From Octopus bimaculoides (lineage: Eukaryota), in NCBI RefSeq assembly GCF_001194135.2, contig NC_068981.1:191412305-191476304 (forward strand): DNA of 64,000 nucleotides, in the 5' to 3' direction. Every line of letters starts with the position of its first letter. The first letter of the stretch is position 1. Of the stretch, positions 24,422 to 35,939 are shown piece after piece. Below the pieces are notes generated by a model. The model did no database searches and was not told the DNA's origin. It saw only the letters and a list, made by a program, of their open reading frames with translations. Both the position numbers and the translations under genes were made by a program.

Positions 24422-24958
24422 CAGGGTGTCCACAAATTACCTTTACAATTTGAAAAATTCAGAAAAAAATGAAAGTTCTTGTGCAAAACTTTGTGAATTG
24501 TTGATGGTGGTAAACCTAACTGTCTACTTGCAGTACGAATAGACTTAGTTGGAGTACGATGAAATGCTGCTCGAATTCGCTCAACATCTTCCACAGATGT
24601 TCTCGGTCGACCAGCCCCTGTTCTGTGTAGTACGCTCCCTGTTTCCATAAACTTTTTATACCAGGCACGGATGCTTACACGACTCGGTGGTTCATTTCCA
24701 TACATGGCCCGGTAATTCTGCTGGACCTGAGTGTCTGATTTGGTCTGTATGAACCAAGATACACATTGTGCTTTCTCTTGTGGTGTTGTCATTTTCATTA
24801 AAAGTCAGGGATAATAATATACACCTTCAAAGACAAATGAAAGCGATCCAATTATTAAAAAAGTACATAAATTAAGACTTTCGTAATATTTAACATGTAA
24901 TGAAGTTGATTGATAGATCTCAACTTTACTAGATACAAGATAATTTATGGACACGCTG
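24422..24958 (-). mobile_element. Internally deleted Tc1/mariner-type element in eIF1 intron 1, retaining both TIRs and the HTH (DUF4817-like) N-terminal ORF
   Basis: TIRs CAGGGTGTCCACAAATTACCTT / CAGCGTGTCCATAAATTATCTT. ORF ..PPSRVSIRAWYKKFMETGSV..GAGRPRTS..PTKSIRTASRQLGLPPSTIHKVLH; no DDE domain. Confidence 0.85.
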
Positions 24959-25299
24959 CATAAAATAAAATTTTCTATACTACCTACTGACTAGATAAAT
25001 AACTGAGAATGAACATACAGTTATTTATAAAGTCTAATCCAATATCGTCACTCTCAGACAAAGATGCCTAAAAACAGTAAAAGCTATAAAAATAAAATGA
25101 TGGCTAGTTAGATATAGACTTAAATATATATAAGTATGCCACATATATAAAAGTTCTGACCGTTTTTTAAGGTTCAATTAAACAATATGGAAAAACTGTG
25201 ACCTCATTTCATCTGTCACTGAGCTATTTAATGCCACGTTCATAAGATTCTTTAGGTTTAGAAGTGAAAAGGGAAATTGACTCATTTTCGACTTCTTAC

Positions 25300-26320
25300 A
25301 CTTGAACTAAGTCTTAATCCACCCAAATGATTTTAACTTCTAAAGAGCTATTAATCTGTAGGCGCGGGATCCAGTGAATATGGTGGGAGATGCATAATTT
25401 TCCAGGCATATTTTTCTCTGAGCTCTTAGGTCTTTTCTGTGGGGGCGAGGTCAAGTGTTATCATGATGAAGCATGACCCCTTTTCTGTTGCAAAGCTACT
25501 TTCAATTGGCAGTATACATCGGCTGTTCTTATTAGATTATCGTCTAAAAGTCATGATTAATTATTTCACGCATATCCCACCGNNNNNNNNNNNNNNNNNN
25601 NNNNNNNNNNNNNNNNNNNNNNNNNNNNNNNNNNNNNNNNNNNNNNNNNNNNNNNNNNNNNNNNNNNNNNNNNNNNNNNNNNNNNNNNNNNNCTGCGGGA
25701 CCTATTTTCTAACATTTGACACTTTTACCAAGCCTTTTCAATTCACGGTGAATGGTGGTATGGCTCACGTTGAAGTCTGTGCTTAGTTCCCGAACTGTAA
25801 CAATCAGATGCGTTTCAACAGTAGGTTCCAACGCACCAAGAGCCAACCCCCTTGGGCACCTTTTTCTTAGTTCATTCTGTAGGCTGTAGTCCCCGTTTCT
25901 TTATCTTGAAAACCATCTTCTGCATGTTCTTTCAATCACTACGCCATCGCCATAAGTGTTTGGGAATGATTTTGCTGTTACACTTGCATTATTGCCCGTC
26001 TTTCGTTTTCACCCGCAGAAACGTCAAACTCGAACATATGGGATCATATAATTGTTCGTTAATTTCCGTAATTTTTATTTATTAATTTTTCGCTCCCCGT
26101 TTTCAGCTCTATGTATTTGTAGCCAGTCACATGCATACATACAAATGTATTTTTGTATGTACATGTATACACACACACACCAATATGATCGAGTCCGACG
26201 TGTCAAGACGTTTCTCGGGGTGAAAACGAAAGATGGTCGCATTATTCCCTTTTTGAAATTCATAAAGTGACGATTATGTGCTTTGCTCCGAGTGAACATG
26301 GAACCAATATAACTTCAATT
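25300..26320 (-). mobile_element. Decayed mariner transposase in eIF1 intron 1, split by a MITE and an assembly gap
   Basis: YEFQKGNNA|SVTAKSFPNTYGDGVVIERTCRRWFSR once the MITE is removed. LHHDN and WKIMHLPPYSLDPAPTD occur near 25480-25350. Confidence 0.8.
25994..26238. mobile_element. 245-bp MITE with about 32-bp TIRs and a perfect 8-bp TSD (superfamily unassigned)
   Basis: GCATTATT at both 25986-25993 and 26239-26246. TIRs GCCCGTCTTTCGTTTTCACCCGCAGAAACGTC / GACCATCTTTCGTTTTCACCCCGAGAAACGTC. Confidence 0.85.
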
Positions 26321-27120
26321 ATGGTAAAATTGACAAAATCGGCAAATTTTCGATAAAATCCTATAGAAAATGATATAATTCCGGCGTATTTAAAATAAAA
26401 TCGAAAATCCTTATAATTTACCAAACCGAAAAGTAGTCAATTTGTTCTCATTGGCAAAAAAAAAAAAAAAAAAAGGTGATAAATGTAATGTGGTTTTATA
26501 CTGTTACATATAACAGGCGGAGTTTAATATAGGGAAGGCGGTTAGACACGGTTTCCTGTAAAAGTGTGTAAAGCAAAATGAGGAAATAGCGATTATGGTT
26601 AATAGTACACTTAATCACTGAATAGAACAATATTGAATATGCTAAGATAGAATGAATTTCAGACCACAAATATTTAAAAATGCAGAGGCACTGAAAGATA
26701 TGTACAAGTGTAAAAATAAGGAATCACGAGGAAGTGAAATGGGTTTTTGGCGGAAGTTGTGACCGGTTTTACACGATGCGATCCAGAAGTTAGAAAATTA
26801 AAAAAAATTTTTTTCTTTTCATAATCGTATGAAATCCCGTGTGTAGAACACAAATTCGCAAAAATTTTTCTGAAAATTCCAAACTCGATCGAAAAGTTAT
26901 GAGAAGTTATAAACTAATTCCGCCGGATTAAAAAAATTTTTTTTTACTAAAGATGAAAAAACATGGCGAAGAAAGCAAAGTAAGCCATGAAGAAATAAAT
27001 CAATCTTGAAATTCATGAAGGAAACGGTTCTTCGTTATTACATTTCGTAATATTTGATTCTAGGGGGTCTATATTTTATATGAGTAGTTAAGATTATAAG
27101 TGAAAATATTGGATACTTAC

Positions 27121-27148
27121 CTAAAGAAAGGCTCGGGATACTGGTCAT
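27121..27148 (-). CDS. EIF1: Eukaryotic translation initiation factor 1 (SUI1), coding exon 1: MTSIPSLSL + G, phase-1 intron follows
   Basis: ATG at 27148-27146 and GTAAGT donor at 27120. It joins in frame to exon 2 (G+AT=Asp). There is no other minus-strand ATG between 27149 and about 27400. Confidence 0.88.
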
Positions 27149-27399
27149 ACAGCAGGTAGTGTTATTCCACCAAGAGATAGCAAACCCCGACAGTGAGGGG
27201 CGACGAAGGTTTTTTCTCGAGTTAAAAAGGAAAGCGAAGACTAAATTGATACACACAAAGGAAAAACCTGGTGTGTATGTATCAACTTGTTGATGGGTTT
27301 TTAAAAAAAGAGAAGAACTCAAATAAAAAATAAGAGTTGAAGAAAGCCTGAAAGTAAGTTAAGAAGGCGAGAAACAAACAAGCGCGAAGACCAGACTTA

Positions 27400-27470
27400 A
27401 CATTTCAACCAATCAGAACGAAGTCTCACTAAATGTTCGAGAATCACGCAGATAGTTAGTAACCAATCCT
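27400..27470 (-). promoter_or_regulatory. Probable eIF1 promoter with two CCAAT boxes
   Basis: AACCAATCAG (CCAAT at 27409-27413) and AACCAATC (27463-27467) lie about 260-320 nt upstream of the ATG, in a CpG-retaining region. Confidence 0.5.
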
Positions 27471-28316
27471 ATTTTAATTAACTATATATTTATTTTTATC
27501 ATCTCACCGAAATGTAATTTCAATGAATTAAATCTTATTTTCAACATGAAACCTTATTTTATTTTTGCTATTATTCATTTTCTCATAACAAAGCTATTTA
27601 CCACTTGTGCCGGTCTATTCTTTTTTTTTCCGTCTTAACTATAAACGTCCTGTTTAAAAAGTAGACGATAGACATATTAGTGTTAGTAAAATTATTTACT
27701 TATTTACGTAACGGCTTCACAGCTGAGCCAAAATTGCCATGATTAATAGATAAATAACGTGTGTCTGTGTGTACAAGTGGCAATACATAGAAGTTCGTAT
27801 GGAAGTTATTCGTATTTATTGCTTGCTGATCTATTAATAATTGCAAACAATCACTATCCAAAATGTATCGACACTTTTTTTCTCCTTTCCACTCCTTTCA
27901 CATGACTAATTGTACATATTTAATTTTCTTCATTATTGTAGTTTTATCAAATATGATTACCAAAAAGAAAAAAATGCCCCGCCCTGAATTTATTAAAGCA
28001 TGATAAAATTAGATATTTCGACCATAAAAATATTAGTGTAGGGAGCGATCCGTATTTCACTTGTGTTTTACATACAAAAAAAAAAAAAAATTTAGTTATG
28101 GCGAACCTCTTAAATCCAGTCATCAACTCGTAAAAGTAAGTATATTATTTTCTACTGAAACTGGCTCCATTTCATTGGAGAATAATTTGCTCAATATTAT
28201 AACTTTTCAAAATCATTCGTGTTATATGTTTGTTTGTAAGTGACTAAAAAAATCAAAGTAATCTAGCTTAAAGAATACAAATATATAGTATATATATAGA
28301 TATATGTATATGTATG

Positions 28317-28320
<4 letters not shown>

Positions 28321-28373
<53 letters not shown>
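28321..28373. repeat. (TA)n(CA)n microsatellite
   Basis: Seen directly. Others at about 4998-5031 (CA), 32495-32544 (TA), 40658-40712 (TA/TG), 55606-55636 (TA) and 58625-58690 (GT/GA). Confidence 0.95.
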
Positions 28374-30625
28374 GATGTTGCGCATATATACATGTGTGTA
28401 CTTGTTTCAATCATTAGAATGCGGCCACGCTGGGGCCCCGCCTTCAAAGACAAGATTGTTTTATTTTTCTGTAAAAATATTTACATTTCAATAGTTTTAA
28501 TTTCCTCAAGATCATTTTGAAAATAATATTGAATGATCGTATGGTATTAATACAAACAAGATTTAAAACAAATGATAATGGTAATAATTACAATTATCTA
28601 CGTGCGTTATGCATAAGAAAACTGTGTACAGTCAATATTTTTGTCAGTTATTCTATTATCTCGATATTATTTAGTTGTTTTGATTGTTTTCTTTAGAAAT
28701 CAATAAAGATGTATTTTTTTTGTCTCTGTTAGCGAAATGTCTGTTGTAATTCAGTCATATGTTAAAATAATTATAAAGATGAAACTCATCGTATAAATAT
28801 TTAAGTTTTATTAATTCTAAATAATATACTTCAAAATTAATTTCATTGTTTATTTCTCTTGGGTGCATTTGCTTGACAGTTGTTTGATTTTATCGATAAA
28901 ATTTGAGAAGGGTACCTAATTTGCAGAAAGAAAAAAAAAAGGAAAATTGTGAAATCAAGGAACTCTAAGAGGTCAGTTGGTGGAACAGAAGACGATACAA
29001 AACCTAGAAGGAAATGAGTGAGAGTAATGGCTACTGTGTGTGGTGTAACTATGTGAACACTTAGTTGATGAAAATCTCACCAGTGAAACGATAAGCAGGT
29101 GATGCTCATCGAATCTGTACAAACATTTGAATAACAAGCCCTCTATCGATTCAGGGAAGCAGTTCAAACAACATACTTTCTAAATGGTCGACTGACAGAC
29201 GAGCGAATTTTAAATCTCGGAGAAGGAAAAAGGACATGTAAGGGTTAAGGAGAAAAACAGGTCTTTAAAAGTTGAAATTATTTTTGACTTATAAAAGAAG
29301 TATTTGAAATATATATTTCTGTATTAAAAAAGTAAAATACGATTATAGGAGGCATGCAGAAACGGAAACAAACACCATTTTCAATTTTTTTCACCCCAAG
29401 AAGTGATAGTTTTGACGAGGTGACTCAAAGAACCAAATGTACTGAGCTTGCTCCCCTGTTTCAGTCTAACTTAAGCTACATAATACATGTCTATTATTTA
29501 GAATAATAGTTGGTGATTTGAAAGGAGGTGTGAATAGGGAAGAGGAGGTTTCTTCTGACTAGATTACAGGTTCCATTTGTCATTTAATTGATTGCATTGA
29601 CTAAGGAGTTTTTGTTGTTTTTACTTTGGAAGAATGAAAGTTGACTTGGCAATGAGAACAGTGAAATATTACTTTAAGATCGTTTATGGGGTTGTTACAC
29701 TGTCTCAATATTTTTGTGTGGTCTGGCACCATACACCTAAGTTAAGTTTATTTTTAAGTAATGATGTTAGTTTTTGTAAAAGGATCATTTACTCTCAAGA
29801 TTTGTCGGTAAATACAGAAAAAAGTTACATTTAAGATGTTAAAAATATATTTTTCCAAAATCTCTGCCTCTTCACACAAAATGTCTTTTATCATTGTATT
29901 AATTCAGAAAGGAATAACTGTTGATAACAAGACAACAGTGATGTCAATAGTCATTTCAAGTTAATGAGAATACATTTTTGAAATTAGTTATGTTCATTTT
30001 CAAAGATGTTTCTTTTTATAAATTCTTGGTTGATATTATTTTTTACCTATACTACGAAGTAATATTTATTGAACTGTTTCAGTTCAGATTAACATTGTTT
30101 CATTTTGCTTCAAGTTTATTTAATCAACCTTGCCTTACTTATCTATGGAATATGTGAAAAATGAAAACATATTCTTCCAGATTCAGTTTGCTAATAATTC
30201 ACCACCCTTAATGCTTAAGATTGTTTCAGGTGTTTGTCAACCCCTTGGATAGCCACATAGACCCCTAAGGATCAATACTAATCATTTTGCTGGTCCCTGA
30301 TCTAAAGTGGCATGTGTAAGTGGACCATCTCAATAAGGCTTTGAAATTCTTTGAAATGGTTATTAGAAACAAGAGAAATTGTGGTACCATTATCGTCATT
30401 TTAACATCCACTTTTCCATGCTTGCATAGGTCAGACAGAATTTACCGAGACAAATTTTTTATGGCTAAATACCCCTCTTGTTTGGAAGAATGGTAATATT
30501 TCCCCATTGCAGGACATATTTCCAAAGAATGTTTGAAACAAAGGACACAGCTTTTATGACAGTAATAAGTCTTTCTAACTGTTCTGTGATGTCAGAACAA
30601 GGTGACAAAAACACATATGTATATA

Positions 30626-30830
30626 CAAGGGGTTACTGAAAGGTTCCTGGCTTTGGGTAAAAGAAAATACAGAAGGATCAGTTAATTATGATTTTATTCA
30701 AAATTTTTACACACTTATTGCAGTGGTCCTCTACTCTTTCTAAGCCCTGTAAAAGAAATCGGAAGGTTGTGCCTCTAAACCAGGCCTTTTGTGATACCCT
30801 TAAAGCCAGGAACTTTTCAGCACCCCCTCA
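30626..30830. mobile_element. Mariner-type MITE, same family as 20078-20290, inverted
   Basis: Termini CAAGGGGTTACTGAAAGGTTCCTGGCTTT and AAAGCCAGGAACTTTTCAGCACCCCCTC. Confidence 0.75.
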
Positions 30831-32494
30831 TCTTTATACACACACACACACACACGCAAACTGTCTTTGGTTTTCATTAACCAATTCCACTCACAAGGCT
30901 TCAGTTACCTTAGGTCTGTAGAAAAGATAATTGCCCCAAGTGATATGCAGGGGTACTGAACCCAAAGCCACATGATTGAGATGTGAACTTCTTAATCACT
31001 CAACCATGCCTACACCTTTTTTTCTGAAAACTAGAACTTTAAATGAAATTCAGTTAATTATCCCCAAATTTTAAATTAGAGAATAAAAACATAAATTTTG
31101 CTTATTTGTTATTTTTGAAAAATATATAGTTTAAAGACTGTTCATTGATTATATCTATTTCATATTTTTTTTTAATTACAACAGGCTGTCAAATTTTTTT
31201 GTTATCAACCCACTCCCATTTAATCTTTTAATAACAAGTATAGATGGAAAATTAGATTACAGTTATATATTCTAGAAAACTAAAATAAATACACAAATAT
31301 GACATTACTTCTAAATTTTTCCCTTTCTCAGTCTTTTTATATCTGCTATGTCATTCTATACAAAGCTCTGATGAAATATCCTCCACCACAATCTTTCTCT
31401 CTCTCTCTCTCTCTTTCACTATAAACTTCTCTCCCTCTGTCAGTATCAACCTCTCTCTCTCTTTCAGTAACTTTTCTCTCTTTTCATCTCTCCCCCTCTC
31501 TCCGATTGCTCCTTATCCACTCCTCTCGCACTAGCTATCACGTTTTGGTTTAGCAACCCACTGACTTTTGTTAGAATGCCCTCATTATGTTCTCTCTCTT
31601 CCCATCTCCACTCATATGGAAACATCCCAGCACATAAAATTGTTATTTTACTAACAGTTCAAGCAGCAATAGAATAAATGCTATGTGATGGGGCAGAAGA
31701 GAACTCTAAATTTCTGACAGAACACTTTATCAGAGGTGTGAATTAGAGTTGAAGGATAAACTAAGGAATAAATTGGGATTAATGAAAGGAGAAAGAGACA
31801 GGTAACAAGTGTAATATATGAGATATTTAAAGAAGCTTAATATGTTTGAAAAGTTTAGTTAGGTCATTCTAAGACAACCAGCATAAAGTACAGTAGTTAA
31901 GTTAATGTTAACATATTTAACATAGTGAGCATCAACAATATTGAATAAAAATGAAATGGGCAGCAAAGGGAAAATGCCAGTGCTGCCTGACTGGCTCCCA
32001 TGCTGGTGGCACTTGAAAAGCACCATTCGAGCGTGGTCGATGCCAGTGCTGGCTCCCGTGCCAGTGGCTCGTGAAAAGCACCATTAAAGTGTGGTCGATG
32101 CCAGTACCGCCTGACTGGCCCTTGTGCTGGTGGCACATAAAAAGTACCCAATACACTCTCGGAGAGGTTGGCGTTATGAAGGGCATCCGGTTTTAGAAAC
32201 CTTGCCAGTAAGTGTACACTTGTAGGTGTAGAAGTATTCAAACAATAGGTTACTGCAATTCATTCATTTACTTTTATGTCTGTTTTTCCTAGCTAGCATG
32301 GCTTAGATAAATATATTATTGGAGCATAGTTTCACAGCTGAATGCCTTCCTGTTGCTAACCCTTACCTGTTTCTCAAATAAAGGATATCTTATTCCACAC
32401 ACCAACAGAAACGTCACTGCTTGTAGCTTAGTGACTTTTGGCAATTGGAAACAAACAGCAACACACACACAAGTATACACATATACATACATCC

Positions 32495-32546
<52 letters not shown>

Positions 32547-32769
32547 CAGAGGTGACAAGTTCAAAGAAGTTATGTCCAGCCACTGAGACACGGAGAGTAA
32601 GTCTGAAAGTGAATAATTACAGCAATGCCTCAGTATACGAGTTAATTTGTTCCTGGAGATTACTCATAAAGCAGAGCAATAATTTCCCAAAGTAGCAATG
32701 TTATAAATTTTATTTTGTTTCCAGAAAAATATTTTACCTATAAATGACAATAAAGCAACAGTAGAATGT

Positions 32770-32965
32770 AAAGAATATTTGTCGGCTCCAGCTCATATCC
32801 AAGCATTGGGTTCGTCAATTTCTATTCAGTCTCCTCGGCTGATGTCTGTGCCAAAAGTGACTTTGGTGTCCAAGTCGATGGTGAAAGAGTCATGGGCAGA
32901 ACTCGCACGAGATGGTCGGTGCAGGTTGAGGATGTTGAAGACACTCCTTTCTTCTCCTGTGTTTA
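32770..32965 (-). mobile_element. 3' end fragment of an RTE-type LINE
   Basis: Minus frame RRKECLQHPQPAPTISCEFCP*LFHHRLGHQSHFWHRH resembles the RTE C-terminal CxxC...SH..H tail. Confidence 0.65.
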
Positions 32966-34668
32966 GCAAAATGAGAAAATACTGACTATGGTTAACAGTA
33001 CACTTAATAGAACAATATTGAATATCTGTTGATAATGATCAACTAAGACAGAATGAATTTCAGACCACAGATATTTAAAAAAAATTTTCTTTCCTTTTCT
33101 ATATTATTGAAGAGAGAAGCAGTCCCCATAACCCTTCACAGGGCCTTTGAGACTGGTGGAGTGAAGAAACATATGTCTAACTGGAGACATGGCCTGAAGG
33201 CTTGCACTAGAGTGGGCTTCAAGTCAAGGCCATGGTGAGATTTGAAATCAGAATAAATATTGCAAGGAATTTATTCAAATATTCTTCGAGTTCCACAAAT
33301 GTAATATTTTGGATTATTACGTTATTATTAACTCTAGAAAGGATGATGGGCAAAGTTGAAGTCAGAGCACAGAGAGCTGGAAGAAATACCATAAGCCATA
33401 CAATCCAGTTTGCTGCTTATTATTAACCCTTTTTGTAACAACTCACTTGAGACCACCCCCTATAATACAAATTTCATTTTAAAATTGATCTACAGTGAAA
33501 CCTTCAATCAAAATTTTTTTGTGTTCTATGCTCCAGGTTAATAATGACTTATTTTATTGTTTGTCATTATTTTCAACATTACCGTATATACCAATGTACG
33601 TTGCACCCCTAATTTAGTGTTAATTCTTGGTACAAAATTTTTCTCTCCATACTTTTAGCTTTGTCTCATGTATATAAGTTGCACCTCAGTTTTTACACTT
33701 AAATCAAGCCTGAAACTTACACGCAAATACATTTGGTAACTGAATTAAAAGCAATGTGTTTCAACAAAAATATGGTAATAAAAAATGGTTAATGAATTTT
33801 ATTTTTAAGCTCATCTAACTTTATTATGCACTCTTTAAACATTCTTCAGTTGTCAGGCATTCAGGATCTGGCTTTTCTTTTTTCTTGTTTTTTGTGTATT
33901 TCAAAAAAGATTTCAACCAGAAGTTTAGGAAACCTAAGTACAGCATTTAAGAAAGCATTTCAAACTACTTCATCTAATGTCATATAATTTCGTAGGACCT
34001 GAATTATGTTGATACAGAACTCTCCCCCATTTAGTAGAGGACATGTCCCCCCCCCCTTTTTTTTCCCCTGGAGCTCAACACAGCTCTACAGCTGGCTGGC
34101 TGGATCCTGTCAAACCATCCCAGCCCTACAAGAAGGAAAATGGACATTAAATGATGACAATGATGAGCATGTAGGTCATATCTATTTATAGTACAAATTA
34201 TTGTTTAGATAAAAATCACAAAATAATCGTTTCATTGTAATCATTGTCAATTTCATTTTCTGATTGCTTCTTATCAAGAACAATGAACTAACTTCTGTAT
34301 TTAGTCAGACAGTAATCAATACAATGTCTAATTTAGACAACCATGCATGATGATTATTACAATACTGTGTGAACCAACAACATAAAGATTAGATCTTTAA
34401 TGCAAATGATCGTCATTTAAACAGCCATGTTCTATGTTGGTATGGACTGAATGGTTTGAAAGGATCTTATGGGTCCAAGGACTGCATTGGGTTCCAGATG
34501 TTTTCTACATCTGAGATGCCCTTCCTAATGCCAACTACTTCACAATATGTACTTGATGTTTTTTTTTTGCTTGGCATCAGCAGGGTTGAGGGTGCCATGC
34601 AGCTTTCAAGACTACACACCCTGATGGGGGAGGAGGGGATTAAAGTATAATGGAAAGGGGTGGAGCTG

Positions 34669-35891
34669 GAAAGAGATAAATAATAAGGTGAGTAGGGATA
34701 GACAAACTAGGTGTGTGGGTGGGTGAGAGTAGCAAGAGTATATGGGGAATGAGTGAAGAGGGGAGGTAAGTGACCACTGTAATGGTTGGGTAGGGCTTCA
34801 AGGATGGATGACCTATGAAGCTTGGGGAAGTTAGGGGGTACAAAAGAAAGTAAGGGTGAGCAACAGAATAATAATGATGATATAATTGACTGGGGAGGAC
34901 GGGGGAGAAGGAGATGATATGTGTTGGGTAGATTGCAGGAGTGGAGTAGGGAGAGAGGTAGGTGTGGTGGAAGAACATTTAATATCTTATCACTCATAGA
35001 AAAAATATCACATCATCAAAGTGATTTAAGCCTTTTTCATATAAACTGGCCATATCTGGCCCAAATATTCTACTTGTTTTATGTTCAAACTGACCAGATC
35101 CAGTTTCTCACACCCTAGAATGTCATTCTAAAAGTAAGCAATTTCATCATAGATTTAATTGAAAACAATGTGAATAAATAAGCATTACATTTGCCAGAGT
35201 AATCTGAAAGCCAATAGGTTAAACTCTTTGTAACACATCATCATGAATAATCAAATATAACTGACTTCAGATCAGGTTGTCCGGGATACAACCAGATATT
35301 TGGGAGGGTGGGGAGAAAAAGTGGGTAACATTTAGTTTCCCATGAATAACACAGAGCTTTAATTCATTGGTTTAAAAATGTGAGGAGAAAAAATACCCAA
35401 GTAGAGTACTCTTAGAAGAATATCATTATCTTTTCTTTAGTTTACTGCTTATCATTATTCATCAATCAGATTGTGTGTTCAAAAATGAAAATTAGTGAGA
35501 AAGTAGACAAAGGTGTCTAAGGAAAAGCTAGAAAGTATGAGAAATAATTAAGACATAAAGAGGGAGAGTGAAAGAGACAATCACATGGACATATGTAAAA
35601 GATGATGACATCATGTGACCAATATCATCATCATCATTTAGTGTCCATTTTCCATGCTGGCATGGGTAAAATGGTTTTGACTGGAGCTGGTAAGCTGGAG
35701 AACTGCACAAGGCTCTTGTCTGTTTTGGCTTGGTTTCTACAGTTGGATGCCGTTCATAATGCCAACCACTCCATCAAGTGCACTGGGTATCTCTGGCATG
35801 TCACAGACAGGGGTGCCTTTTGAGAGTGACCAGCATGAGTGCCTCTTATGCGTCACCAGCACAAGTGCCACTCACATGTCACTGACCACTT
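34669..35891 (-). repeat. Inverted copy of 1-781 with 475 extra bp
   Basis: See the partner feature at 1-781. Confidence 0.9.
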
Positions 35892-35939
35892 CTAGGATTT
35901 CACTTAGCTTCCTGTGTCTTCTCAAGCACAGTAAATTGC

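Noticed and set aside
28425-28450. GC-box-like GGGGCCCCGCC as a promoter element
   Set aside because: It resembles the GCTGGAGCACTGCCT part of the local SINE family.
28222-28520. YIYI/HTHT/CVCV-rich ORFs here and elsewhere
   Set aside because: They are translations of (TA)n and (CA)n microsatellites.
31368-31400. CTGATGA as another hammerhead core (also at 8823)
   Set aside because: There is no correctly placed GAAA or supporting stems.
32779-32985. Plus-strand 68-aa ORF MSAPAHIQ…
   Set aside because: It is the antisense of the RTE 3' fragment.
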